NCBI GenBank assembly: GCA_048887225.1 | Contig: JBHLJY010000014.1 | Span: forward strand, 1-64,000 | DNA: 64,000 nt | Direction of reading: 5' to 3' | Source: Candidatus Hodarchaeota archaeon | Lineage (GTDB): Archaea; Asgardarchaeota; Lokiarchaeia; Sigyniarchaeales; SOKP01 | Shown here: piece by piece, positions 47,432 through 57,451 of the stretch | Layout: each line of letters begins with the position of its first letter | Numbering within the stretch: position 1 is the first letter of the stretch | Notes under the pieces: model-generated | What the model saw: only the letters and a program-made list of their open reading frames with translations | Told to the model about the DNA's origin: nothing | Database searches by the model: none | Position numbers and translations under genes: made by a program

Positions 47432-48202
47432 TTATTCTGAAGGAGATTCTTCTTTAGAGGTGGTATGTGTTTTATTTTGAGCAAATTTTTTTACATTTAT
47501 ACGTTCAGTTCTTTTTATCTCAGATTTACGAGTTCTTTTAACATCAACTTCTACAATCTCAAACTTTTCATCTGGACTTACAGCTTTATCTTTTATGCCT
47601 TCAGGAGAGGAAATTAATTTGCTCTTGATTATAGAAGAATTTGCTAAAGGATAAATACTTTTGGCAACTCTGGCAATTTGATTTTGAAATTCCCCGTAAA
47701 TTATTCCAATAATAAATTTTTCATGATTTAACGATTTAGCAAATTCTTTTAAAATATCTCGCATAATTTTCCTAATTACAATTTGTTGAGAACTTCTGGC
47801 TCGCTTAATTGTATTACATATAGTAGTCACCCGAAATATAAAACCATCTTTTGTAGTAAGATTCTGAATAGTTTGAATTTTTGTAGAACCCCTTCCAATG
47901 AGACTGCGAATGAAATCATTAGTATATTGATGACCAATAAACATAGTATCACATTTTTTTGCTTCAGCATTAATGTTATTGATTTTAAATCTTAATTTCA
48001 AATTAATATCATTGAAATCGTTGGTAAAATCAAATAAAATTGCTTCTACTGTTCGCCCTAAAATATTATTGTCTACACCAAAAATTTCGCCAATGGGCTT
48101 AAATTTAAAAATTTTAGGTGATACTACTTCATACCAATCCTTATCTTTAAATGATACTTTCTTAATTTTAGGTTTTTTCTTCTTCTTAGCTTTCTGACTC
48201 AT
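47432..48202 (-). CDS. rps3ae: 30S ribosomal protein S3Ae (eS1)
   Basis: KDWYEV.SP, GRTVE, D.IRSL..R, ARSSQ...IRK, IYPL. Confidence 0.93.
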   Translation of the reverse strand: MSQKAKKKKKPKIKKVSFKDKDWYEVVSPKIFKFKPIGEIFGVDNNILGRTVEAILFDFTNDFNDINLKLRFKINNINAEAKKCDTMFIGHQYTNDFIRSLIGRGSTKIQTIQNLTTKDGFIFRVTTICNTIKRARSSQQIVIRKIMRDILKEFAKSLNHEKFIIGIIYGEFQNQIARVAKSIYPLANSSIIKSKLISSPEGIKDKAVSPDEKFEIVEVDVKRTRKSEIKRTERINVKKFAQNKTHTTSKEESPSE

Positions 48203-48234
48203 TTTTTCAAAAATTTTTTATATGTTAACCTAGA

Positions 48235-48693
48235 TTATCTTGCTACAAGTGTTCTTATCTTTTCAGGATCGTATTTAAACGACTCGGGCAATACTTTAGT
48301 TTTTTTATAATATCTTATTAAGCGATATATTTTCGACTCTGTTCGCTGTAAGCCTTTTTTTCCTTCAAGATCTTTATGATTTGAATCGAGATGTTTCCTT
48401 ATGTTTAAAGCCTTTTTCACTAAATTTGTGAGATCATCGGGAAGAGCAAATTCAATTTTATTTTCTTCAAGTATCTGGCTTATTTTTTTTCCTGTAACTA
48501 CTTTGATAAGTGGAATTCCATAACTATCTCTCAATATAGTGCCAATCATAGATTTAGAAAATCCTTTTCTCGCCAATTTGACAACTAAATTTTCTACTTC
48601 CTCAGCGGATCTTTCTACCCACACGGGTTTTTCCAATCTTGGAGGTCTAGTACTGCCACTTTTCCCTTTCTTTCTGCTGTGAAGCCTTGCCAT
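48235..48693 (-). CDS. rps15: 30S ribosomal protein S15 (uS15)
   Basis: MARLHSRKKGKSGS, IG.ILRD.YGI, ESKI.RLIRYYK. Confidence 0.97.
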   Translation of the reverse strand: MARLHSRKKGKSGSTRPPRLEKPVWVERSAEEVENLVVKLARKGFSKSMIGTILRDSYGIPLIKVVTGKKISQILEENKIEFALPDDLTNLVKKALNIRKHLDSNHKDLEGKKGLQRTESKIYRLIRYYKKTKVLPESFKYDPEKIRTLVAR

Positions 48694-48850
48694 TATATTA
48701 GACTTACGCTTTTAATTATTAAAACTAAAAACTAATTAAAACTAATTATAAAATACTTTAAAGGTATAATAGGACAAAATAAATAAAATTTTGGAATTTA
48801 ATCAATTCTTAAGTTACTATTTTATTTTCTATATTGTGTTATATAGAATT

Positions 48851-49435
48851 ATGCAAAAAGAAATTGCAACATTATATTTTGTGACTCGTAATAAACATAA
48901 GTTTGATGAGATTTCAAGAAAATTTCAAAATGAAAATGTAAAATTTGCCTTACAACAATTAGAGTTAGAGACAATTGAAATTCAAGCTAACACGATTAAA
49001 GACATAGCTTTATTTAAACTGAATTCTGTTAAAGAAAAAATTAATAGCTCCTTCTTTATTGAAGATGCTGGATTTTTTGTAGATAAACCGCTAAATGGAT
49101 TCCCAGGAGTATTCTCTTCTTACGTCTTTAAAACCTTAGGTAATGAAGGTATATTAAGGTTAATTGATGATTTCAAAAAATCGAAAGCTCATTTTTCTGC
49201 CGTTATTGCATTATTTTTTAAACCCGCAAATGAAATTTATGTTTTTGAAGGCCATGTGGAAGGTAGAGTATCAGATAAAATAAGAGGAAAAGGTGGTTTT
49301 GGTTTTGATCCAATATTTATACCAGATATAATACCAAATAAAACTTTTTCAGAGTTGAAAACAGAAGAAAAAAATGAAATATCTCATAGAGGACAAGCAT
49401 TAAAAAAATTAATATCTTTTCTTAAGAATTTCTAA
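48851..49435 (+). CDS. rdgB: Non-canonical purine NTP pyrophosphatase (RdgB/HAM1)
   Basis: T.NKHK, EDAG, LNGFPG, GFGFDPIF, KNEISHR; ATG at 48851 preferred over the ORF-track TTG at 48791. Confidence 0.93.
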   Translation: MQKEIATLYFVTRNKHKFDEISRKFQNENVKFALQQLELETIEIQANTIKDIALFKLNSVKEKINSSFFIEDAGFFVDKPLNGFPGVFSSYVFKTLGNEGILRLIDDFKKSKAHFSAVIALFFKPANEIYVFEGHVEGRVSDKIRGKGGFGFDPIFIPDIIPNKTFSELKTEEKNEISHRGQALKKLISFLKNF

Positions 49436-49464
49436 TACCTTTTATTTATTTAAAAAACTGGCGT

Positions 49465-50196
49465 TTACAAATCATTTTTTTTTAAATAATTTAAAAGCCT
49501 TAAATATAAATCCTGTTCAGCTTCTTTCTTGCTTTTAAATTCTTCTGATCTTAAGTCCGCTTCTAAAGGGATTAATATTTTACTTTTACGATCTAAAATT
49601 TTAGGATTTTTTGCAATCCATTTCGGATCGTGATCGGAACCCTTGTTAACGAATTCTGTTATAATTACTGGAGTGATTCTATGTATTTTCTGAATGTGCT
49701 CCAATAACTTGCTCTTGTTAAAAATCGAAGTTTCTTTTATGATACTATCCCAATCATCATAAAATCGATTAATTATTTTCTCTTCGATTATATCTAGGTT
49801 TGAAGCTGAATCAAGAAAAATTGCTCCACAAATTGCTTCAAAAACGTCTGCAAGAATTCTTGTTCCTGTAATTACTTGTTTTTCTGATTTTAGAACGAAT
49901 TTTTTTAGATCAAAATAATCATTAGATATTCTGGTTAAAGTCTCATCATTTTCTAAACACTGCTTTGTGATAGTAATTTCACCAGGATCATTTATTCCTT
50001 CTTTCATTTTTTTGGAGATAAAAATTAATTTTATTACTGCATCTCCTAAAAGTTCTAAAGCATTATAATCGGGAATATTTAATAGTTTTCCTAATTGGGG
50101 CGTAGTCAATGCATTCTTTAACAAATCCTCGTTTTTAAATTTATATTCAAGAAATTCTTGGAACTCTTTTAACTTCTCATTTTCTCTATTTATCAT
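49465..50196 (-). CDS. rnc: Ribonuclease III-family protein with dsRBD-like C-terminus
   Basis: L.Y.F....L...ALT, LELLGDAV, ADVFEAICGAIFLD; C-terminal KSKLLE..Q...G.DH....KSKKEAEQ. Confidence 0.82.
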   Translation of the reverse strand: MINRENEKLKEFQEFLEYKFKNEDLLKNALTTPQLGKLLNIPDYNALELLGDAVIKLIFISKKMKEGINDPGEITITKQCLENDETLTRISNDYFDLKKFVLKSEKQVITGTRILADVFEAICGAIFLDSASNLDIIEEKIINRFYDDWDSIIKETSIFNKSKLLEHIQKIHRITPVIITEFVNKGSDHDPKWIAKNPKILDRKSKILIPLEADLRSEEFKSKKEAEQDLYLRLLNYLKKNDL

Positions 50197-50260
50197 CTTA
50201 TTAATTTACTATTATAATCAGATAAATTTAAAAATTTAGACATGTCTCTATTATTATATC

Positions 50261-50701
50261 ATGGAGAAAGAAAATAGAAAATTAGACAAAGTTCTTTCGA
50301 TGATTAAAGGAATTGAAAGAAAAAATTTAGAATTTGAAAATTATATTTCAGATTTAAATATTCTTTCAAGAACTAATCTGCTTAAAGAAATTTCCGTGGA
50401 TATAATTAAAAATAGTGAGCTCTTTCAGGATTTACATATTGAGTGTAAAGATATAGAAGTAGCCAAAGATGAACAAAAAAATATCCTAGTAGCTAATTTT
50501 GTTGAAGATATAATTTTAAAAATTAAAAACGATCCTGCTAAAAAGATTATATTTTTACGAGAATTTCTTGATAATTTTGAAGATATTTCTCAAAATGATA
50601 AAAATGTAATTTTACAATCGTTAAAAGAGAAGGATGATGAGGAATTAAACCAAGAAATGTCTAATTTGGTAAATGTGTTTAAAATACGGGATATTAAATA
50701 A
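50261..50701 (+). CDS. Hypothetical helical protein
   Basis: 146-aa ORF filling the gap; no recognisable motif. Confidence 0.65.
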   Translation: MEKENRKLDKVLSMIKGIERKNLEFENYISDLNILSRTNLLKEISVDIIKNSELFQDLHIECKDIEVAKDEQKNILVANFVEDIILKIKNDPAKKIIFLREFLDNFEDISQNDKNVILQSLKEKDDEELNQEMSNLVNVFKIRDIK

Positions 50702-50801
50702 AAATTTCTCATTCTAAAAGAATAAAGAAAATATATCAAAAAAATGTTAGTTATGGAGAAAAAGTGATCTAACAATAATTCTTGAAAAAAAGCAATTAAA
50801 A

Positions 50802-51056
50802 TTAATACCCTGACTGCTCTCCGCCACTAAAGAACTCTTCGAAAGCTTTTCTATCTTGATCTGAAATTCTGTCCCCTTTAAGCCCCTCTTTAATTATAAT
50901 AGGAGCAATTTCCTTGTCATCATGCTTTATTGTTTTAATAATCTTATAATCTTCTTGTTGGTCAGAATTAAGATCAAATTCCTCTTCGCATGCTTTACAA
51001 TAAAGTTTGCCTTTCTTAGGAATCAACATATTTCCACACGAATCACAGAACTTCAT
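50802..51056 (-). CDS. RpoM/TFS/RPB9-like protein with only the N-terminal zinc ribbon
   Basis: MKFCDSCGNMLIP.....LYCKAC; no second ribbon or QTRSADE; start set at ATG 51056. Confidence 0.8.
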   Translation of the reverse strand: MKFCDSCGNMLIPKKGKLYCKACEEEFDLNSDQQEDYKIIKTIKHDDKEIAPIIIKEGLKGDRISDQDRKAFEEFFSGGEQSGY

Positions 51057-51374
51057 ATTTTCAAAGACCACCTTTTTATAAAAAATCACTAATTTAAATT
51101 TTTCGTTTTTGTAATCGATTTTTTTTAACCGTCTTTAGTATAAAACTAAATAACCTTTATAAATTTAATCAAAATCATATTATTACGAATCATTCGGATA
51201 TATAAATTTATCGGAAACAATGTGTTAATAATTGGTATTGAAAAATCTTATTAAATAAATGTCAAAGTATATAAAAATTTATAAGATATTGTTACCAACT
51301 TAACAATTAACTCTACACTTTAATCAAATACCCTTTTAATTAAATAATAAATTAATTTCTTTACCTTTATTATC

Positions 51375-52106
51375 TTGAAAGAAAAGGAGAAGAAAGTAAT
51401 TATAATTGGTCATAGAGGAGCTAATAGCGTTGCTCCAGAAAATACTTTAAAATCTTTTCAGAAAGCAATTGATTTAGGCGCAGATTACATAGAATTTGAC
51501 ATTCATATGTCGAAGGACGGTGAAATTGTAGTAATGCATGATTCAAACACTTTTGCTATAACTGGTCATAAAGGATTAATAAATAGAATGACTATTGAAG
51601 AATTAAAAAGATTAGATTGCGGAGACGGAGAACAAATCCCAACTTTGCGAGAAACAATTAAATTGGCAAAAGGCAAAATAGGATTACAAATTGAAATTAA
51701 GGCTAAAGATTTGGTTGATCGTATGGTAGAAATTTTAAGAGAGGAAGATCTGATTGCAACCTCTCTTATATCCTCATTTCAACACGCAGAACTCCTAAAA
51801 GTAAAAAAAATTGAACCGAAACTTAAAGTTGCCACCTTGGAACCAACAATAACAGGATGGTCCAATGATTGGAGTTATCTTGGAGGTATAATTAACAAAG
51901 CAATCAGATATAATTCTTATGCTATTCATCCGAGATATCAATTAGTAACGAAACAATTCATTGATTTTGCTCATAATAATGATCTTAAAATTAATATATG
52001 GACTTTAAACAGCAAGGCTACTATGAAAAAATTTATTAAAATGGGTGTTGATGGGATAATAACAGACGATATTTCAAAAGCTAAAGAAATATTAAAGCAG
52101 ATATAG
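51375..52106 (+). CDS. Glycerophosphodiester phosphodiesterase
   Basis: GHRGA...PENT, EFDI..SKDG..VVMHD, IPTL.E, EIK, GVDGIITD. Confidence 0.95.
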   Translation: MKEKEKKVIIIGHRGANSVAPENTLKSFQKAIDLGADYIEFDIHMSKDGEIVVMHDSNTFAITGHKGLINRMTIEELKRLDCGDGEQIPTLRETIKLAKGKIGLQIEIKAKDLVDRMVEILREEDLIATSLISSFQHAELLKVKKIEPKLKVATLEPTITGWSNDWSYLGGIINKAIRYNSYAIHPRYQLVTKQFIDFAHNNDLKINIWTLNSKATMKKFIKMGVDGIITDDISKAKEILKQI

Positions 52107-52246
52107 CATTTTGATCTCTATATTTTAAATTATAAAAATTTGAGAAAATTATTATTGTATTAGTGTTCTAAACTCTATAATAAAATATTTGAGTAATTTT
52201 TCAATATGTATTTTATACAAGAAATTAATGCTACAGAGTAATTTCT

Positions 52247-53731
52247 ATGTCAAATACAATTGATTCGAATGCAATAAATTTTGAAAGGCTTTTCTCTCCG
52301 CGTGCTATAGGAATTATTGGTGCCAGTTATGATCCAGCAGGAGGAGGTTTTTTTGTACGATGTTTAAAAAACAAATTTCGAGGTCCTTTATATCTATTTA
52401 ATCCCCGATTAAGTGGAAAAGAACTATATGGATACAAGATTTATAACTCTATTTTAGAAATTTCAGATATAATAGATTATGTTATATTAGCAGTTCCAGC
52501 AAAATTATGCCCTAAGTTACTGGAAGAAATTGGTCATAAAAAAGTACCATTTGTAACAATTTTTGCTTCGGGTTTTCGTGAGGTTGGAAATGAAACCCTC
52601 GAAAAGGAAACTTTAATGGTTGCTCAAAAATACAATATTAGAATTATTGGTCCAAATTGTATTGGCGTATATAATCCAAGCTCAAATCTTTATTTTGCTT
52701 ATGAACAATCTCGAAAAGCTGGAAATTTTGGCGGAATTTTTCAGTCTGGCGGACACGCTCAAAATATAGCTCAGCTTGCTGTGTCTTACGGTGTTTTTAT
52801 CTCAAAATTTCTCTCAATCGGAAATGCTCTAGATTTAGCAGCTCCAGAATTTATAAATTATTTTTTAAAAGATGAACATACTAAAATTATAGGATTATAT
52901 CTGGAAAACTTGCGTTCTATTGAACAAGGTCGCAAATTTTTAGAATTAGTAAAAAAATGTAATTTAAATAGGAAGCCGGTGATATTATGGAGAGCAGGCT
53001 ATGGTGAAGCAACTAAAAAAGCAATTCTCTCTCATACAGGAGGATTAGCTGGAAATAACGAAATTTGGAAGGCTGTTGCTAAGCAAACTGGTTGTTCTTT
53101 AGTCACTAATTCAACAGTCTTTGCTGCTTTAGCGAGTGCTTTTAAACTAACTCATTTGCCAGATAGTCGTAATGTTGGCGTAATAGGAATAGGTGGTGGT
53201 TCAACTATTGAAGCAGTAGATATTCTAGAAAATTATAATCTTAACATAGCCTCATTAACAGAAAAAACAATAAAAAAAATGGGTAGGTTTATCCCTGATG
53301 TTAATACAAATATAACTAATCCAATAGATCTTGGAGGTATGGGTATCAGGCCCGATATTTATTATCGTACCATTCTAGCTTTGGATAGAGACCCAAACGT
53401 TTCAGCTATCGTATTTATAAAAGATCCTGAAAGATTTGGAGGATTTTCAGCACTATTAGAAGAGATGGGCTTTAAAGGATTGGATTTAAATAGAGAGTTT
53501 ATAAGATACATTTCTAAAGCTAAAAATGTATGCATCAAACCATTGTTTTGTGTAATGTTAAAAATTAATGAAGGCTTTGAAGAATACAAAAGCCGTTACA
53601 AATTTAAACTTAAACTTCTAAATAGAAACGTTCCAATATTCGAAACTTTAGAGTTAGCTGGTGAAGTTTTAGATAAAATGAATTCATATAGAGAATTTCT
53701 TCAAAAACATGGAAAATTTCCTAAGCCTTAA
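52247..53731 (+). CDS. Acyl-CoA synthetase (ADP-forming) alpha subunit
   Basis: IGAS CoA-binding fold, GPNCIG, QSGG, SHTG phospho-His, NPIDL. Confidence 0.9.
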   Translation: MSNTIDSNAINFERLFSPRAIGIIGASYDPAGGGFFVRCLKNKFRGPLYLFNPRLSGKELYGYKIYNSILEISDIIDYVILAVPAKLCPKLLEEIGHKKVPFVTIFASGFREVGNETLEKETLMVAQKYNIRIIGPNCIGVYNPSSNLYFAYEQSRKAGNFGGIFQSGGHAQNIAQLAVSYGVFISKFLSIGNALDLAAPEFINYFLKDEHTKIIGLYLENLRSIEQGRKFLELVKKCNLNRKPVILWRAGYGEATKKAILSHTGGLAGNNEIWKAVAKQTGCSLVTNSTVFAALASAFKLTHLPDSRNVGVIGIGGGSTIEAVDILENYNLNIASLTEKTIKKMGRFIPDVNTNITNPIDLGGMGIRPDIYYRTILALDRDPNVSAIVFIKDPERFGGFSALLEEMGFKGLDLNREFIRYISKAKNVCIKPLFCVMLKINEGFEEYKSRYKFKLKLLNRNVPIFETLELAGEVLDKMNSYREFLQKHGKFPKP

Positions 53732-54546
53732 TTCTCATTTTTTATATGTGTTATTTCTATAGGTCGACCGGGACTTCCTTGATAATAATATTTATCTGGT
53801 TTACCTCGCCAATTTTTATGGAGTACTGTATTTGGATAAATCACACAATTGGCTTTAGTTAATACACCAGGACCAGCAATAATACCAGGATATAATGTAG
53901 TATTTTCACCTAATTTAAGTTCAATAATACTTATTTTGCCAAAGATAGTATTTACTGCATGCGTAGCTAATGCGCTTGTAGGATAAATAAAAACATTATC
54001 GCCTAAATCAGTGAATTCCAATCCTACATAACCATCACAGTAAATTACATTTTTTCCTATTTTATTATGGCTTATTCTTCGGAGTGTTCTATTAATTAAC
54101 CACGGAAATGGGGATTTGGAGGTTAACCACATTGGATATTTAATTATAAAACCTCGTTTATGATAATATTTAATCATTTTACCTTCTTCACTATTAACGT
54201 CGTCGAGAACGCGCTGAAACACTCCTTGTATAGGGGGTGATTTTTTGCTCCATTTTTTTGCCCAAAAAGCAGAGAATTCGATTAATACTATTAAATACAC
54301 ATAATATAAAAACAATAAAAAAACAGGTAAGATCACCAAATGTATAAATAGTGGAATTGAAAAAAGAATTATAAAACAATACTCAAACAATAATAACAAT
54401 CCTAAACACACATATAAAGGGACTAAAAAGCTTAAAAAATTTATTTTAAAAAAATCTAACGCAGGAAGTTCTACGGTTTGTTTTTCCTCCCCCTCCGATT
54501 TCAAGTTATTACTAATCTTTTCCTTCTTTGCTTTCTCTTCGCGCAT
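53728..54546 (-). CDS. Membrane-anchored hexapeptide-repeat (LbH) acyltransferase-like protein
   Basis: Two TM helices, then KIGKNV, LGDNV, LGENT repeats and YQGSPG. Confidence 0.72.
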   Translation of the reverse strand: MREEKAKKEKISNNLKSEGEEKQTVELPALDFFKINFLSFLVPLYVCLGLLLLFEYCFIILFSIPLFIHLVILPVFLLFLYYVYLIVLIEFSAFWAKKWSKKSPPIQGVFQRVLDDVNSEEGKMIKYYHKRGFIIKYPMWLTSKSPFPWLINRTLRRISHNKIGKNVIYCDGYVGLEFTDLGDNVFIYPTSALATHAVNTIFGKISIIELKLGENTTLYPGIIAGPGVLTKANCVIYPNTVLHKNWRGKPDKYYYQGSPGRPIEITHIKNEN

Positions 54547-54642
54547 AATATTATTATTGATAATCCAATATAAAAAAATTAATATTTTTTCATATTAGGA
54601 TTAATAAAAATAATTTAACATTAAACGTAAAGAAAAAATTCT

Positions 54643-57405
54643 ATGTCTGAAATTTCTTGGGATAAATATGCGTTAAAAATCAATGGAAAAAAGATTTTTT
54701 TTTTAAGTGGTGAGTTTCATTACTGGCGTATTCCAGACAGAGAACGATGGTTTGATATCCTTAGGACGTATAAGATTGCTGGTTTAAATTCAATTAGAAT
54801 ATATTTTCATTGGGGATATCATAATCCATCTGAAGATAAATTTTATTTTAACGATAATCGAGATATAGATTATTTATTAAGATTATGCGAAGAACTTGGA
54901 TTTTATGTATTTATTGCTGCTGGACCGTATATATGCGCAGAGACTAATGCAGGGGGATATCCCGGATGGCTCTTAACTAAACGAACCGTGAGGATAAAAC
55001 ATGTAAGAAGTTTGGACGATATTAAATATGATTCTAAATATATGGAATTTTGTAGAGAATGGTATAAAAGTTTCATTCCTAATATAAAAAATCATCAAAT
55101 CTCTGAAAATCCATTTGGATGTGTAATAGCCTTTCAAATTGAGAATGAGTATATTGAAGAGCAACACGCCATAAGAAGATATATGGAGGAACTTATTCAA
55201 TATGCCCGTGAATTTGGAATTACAGTCCCTACTTTCCATAATGATGCACTCGAATTTGGTTCATGGAATGGCCTTGTTGATCTATATGGTTTTGATAAAT
55301 ATCCTATATGGGCTACTAAATCTTTAAAAGAAGGGCAAATTCCTAAATGGAGTATTGGTAAATTCAAGAATAAAATTGATCAGCTCGAAAAAAAGGTTAG
55401 GGTATTCGGAAAAGCAGCTGCAGAATCTCCAATTTTCATTCCTGAACTTCAAGGGGGTTGGTTCAATCATTGGGGTATACCTTATGGCTATGATGAACTT
55501 TACAATTTCTATGGTTCGACTTATCAAAAAATGATTCTTCAAAGCCTTGCAGCTCAAGGCTCAACGATGATGGTCTTATATATGTTTTATGGCGGTACAA
55601 CATGGGGGGCACTTCCTAATCCAGAGGTTTATACGAGTTATGATTATTCTGGATGTATAAGAGAATATGGATATCAATCTGATCGTTTAAGGCATGTAAG
55701 ATTGTTTTCATTATTTGCTCAAAGCTTTAATCTAAGTTTTATTAATACAGATTGGGTTGAAAAACCTGCACTTAATTGTAATGAAAAAGGAATTTTTTAT
55801 CGACAGAGACGCAGTTTTGATGGAACTGATTATTATTTCTTTAGAAATTTTAACAAAAAGGAATCCCAAAATTTCACGATTCAACTTTCTCAAGACATTA
55901 AAGTGCCGAAAAATGGTACCCAAATGTTAGATCTTCGGGATTCATATATTGCTATCGGAAATCACGAGCTTGATGGATTCTTTATTCAGTTTTGTTCCTT
56001 AAAAATATTTCTTAAATCAAATTATGCTGGAGCTCCTTTACTAGTAGTAATCCAGAATGGAGGAGAATTACTTTTGAAAGGAACTGAGTTTGAGGTAAAA
56101 GGTAGTATAGAAGCGTTTAAAGATAATAATTTTACTAGATTTGCTTTTCCAAATGAAGGATATGGCTGTATCACGAATGCACGAGGAAAAAATTTGTATA
56201 TAATATGTTTATCAAAAAAAGATGCTCTTACATTAAACGCAGATTTTTCTGAATCAGACGTAAAATTAGCATGGGGTGCATATTCATTATTTTTTCCTAA
56301 AAAAGATATACTAGAAATCGAAACACTTGGAACGCAAAAAGTGTGGCTTTTAATAAATCGTTCAAATATTCCAAATTTCGATGAGCTTGGTAATACGCCC
56401 ATTCCAGGATTGAAAAAAAGAATTTTTGGGAATAAAATTAAAATTCCAGACATATCGCTTAAAAATTGGTATGAAATTCAAACTGATTGGAGTAATAATA
56501 TGAGTCAAGAGATATGGAAAGAAATAGATTTCAATAATGAACGAGATCCAATTGATCATTTCTTTACTAGCGGGCATGTACTTTATAAATGTGAATACTT
56601 CACTTCTAATGAAGATTCAATAAATTTGAAGATTAATACAAGGCATAAAACAGCAATTTGGTTAAATGGACACTTTATTGGAGGTCATCAAACTTATAAT
56701 ATTAAAACAGATCAGCCAGGAGCTATGAACGGCAATGATCCTCCATTATTAGGTGCCAAAAGTTACGATTTATCTCGATCACTTAATTCAGATAAAAATA
56801 TTCTCTACATAATAACTGAAAATCTTGGTCATAATAAGAATTTTTTTGTACTTAACGACGTTAGAAATCCTCGGGGTATACTTTCGGCAGAATTCTCTAA
56901 AAAGTTAAAATCGATAAAATGGTTTATTGCAGGAATAGACGTTACACAATTAGAACAACCATATAATACTTCAGGGTTACCTGGAGAAAAATTCTCCTAT
57001 CAAGTTGGAGAAACTGATCAATGGAGAAAAGTAAAAGGAGCACCCACAATTTCACCTAAAAATCAAATAATCTGGTATAAGACACAATTTAAATGGAAAA
57101 CTGAGGATAACATAAGAATTCCTCTACGGATTCATCTAGAAGGAAAACACAATGTCAATATATTTCTAAATGGTCTCTATATAGGGCGATACTGGGGAGA
57201 ATACGGTCCGCAACATGACTTCTATATAATGGACAAACTACTTAAAGAAGATAATTTATTAGTGTTAGCATGCTGGACAACTAAAGAGGATAATTTCTCA
57301 ATTTCAATTAAACCATACAAAATAAATTTGGAAAGTGGTAATATTGACGAAAACGGTATTGACTTTGCCATAGAAAAACATTATGTTAATTTTAAACGAT
57401 CTTAA
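54643..57405 (+). CDS. GH35 beta-galactosidase
   Basis: SGEFHYWR, YFHWGYH, GPYICAE..GG.P, QIENEY, PELQGGWF, YTSYDY; jelly-roll C-terminal domains. Confidence 0.94.
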   Translation: MSEISWDKYALKINGKKIFFLSGEFHYWRIPDRERWFDILRTYKIAGLNSIRIYFHWGYHNPSEDKFYFNDNRDIDYLLRLCEELGFYVFIAAGPYICAETNAGGYPGWLLTKRTVRIKHVRSLDDIKYDSKYMEFCREWYKSFIPNIKNHQISENPFGCVIAFQIENEYIEEQHAIRRYMEELIQYAREFGITVPTFHNDALEFGSWNGLVDLYGFDKYPIWATKSLKEGQIPKWSIGKFKNKIDQLEKKVRVFGKAAAESPIFIPELQGGWFNHWGIPYGYDELYNFYGSTYQKMILQSLAAQGSTMMVLYMFYGGTTWGALPNPEVYTSYDYSGCIREYGYQSDRLRHVRLFSLFAQSFNLSFINTDWVEKPALNCNEKGIFYRQRRSFDGTDYYFFRNFNKKESQNFTIQLSQDIKVPKNGTQMLDLRDSYIAIGNHELDGFFIQFCSLKIFLKSNYAGAPLLVVIQNGGELLLKGTEFEVKGSIEAFKDNNFTRFAFPNEGYGCITNARGKNLYIICLSKKDALTLNADFSESDVKLAWGAYSLFFPKKDILEIETLGTQKVWLLINRSNIPNFDELGNTPIPGLKKRIFGNKIKIPDISLKNWYEIQTDWSNNMSQEIWKEIDFNNERDPIDHFFTSGHVLYKCEYFTSNEDSINLKINTRHKTAIWLNGHFIGGHQTYNIKTDQPGAMNGNDPPLLGAKSYDLSRSLNSDKNILYIITENLGHNKNFFVLNDVRNPRGILSAEFSKKLKSIKWFIAGIDVTQLEQPYNTSGLPGEKFSYQVGETDQWRKVKGAPTISPKNQIIWYKTQFKWKTEDNIRIPLRIHLEGKHNVNIFLNGLYIGRYWGEYGPQHDFYIMDKLLKEDNLLVLACWTTKEDNFSISIKPYKINLESGNIDENGIDFAIEKHYVNFKRS

Positions 57406-57451
57406 TGACAAAAATATTTCATAAATAACTTCAATATAAAGAGAAAAATAT

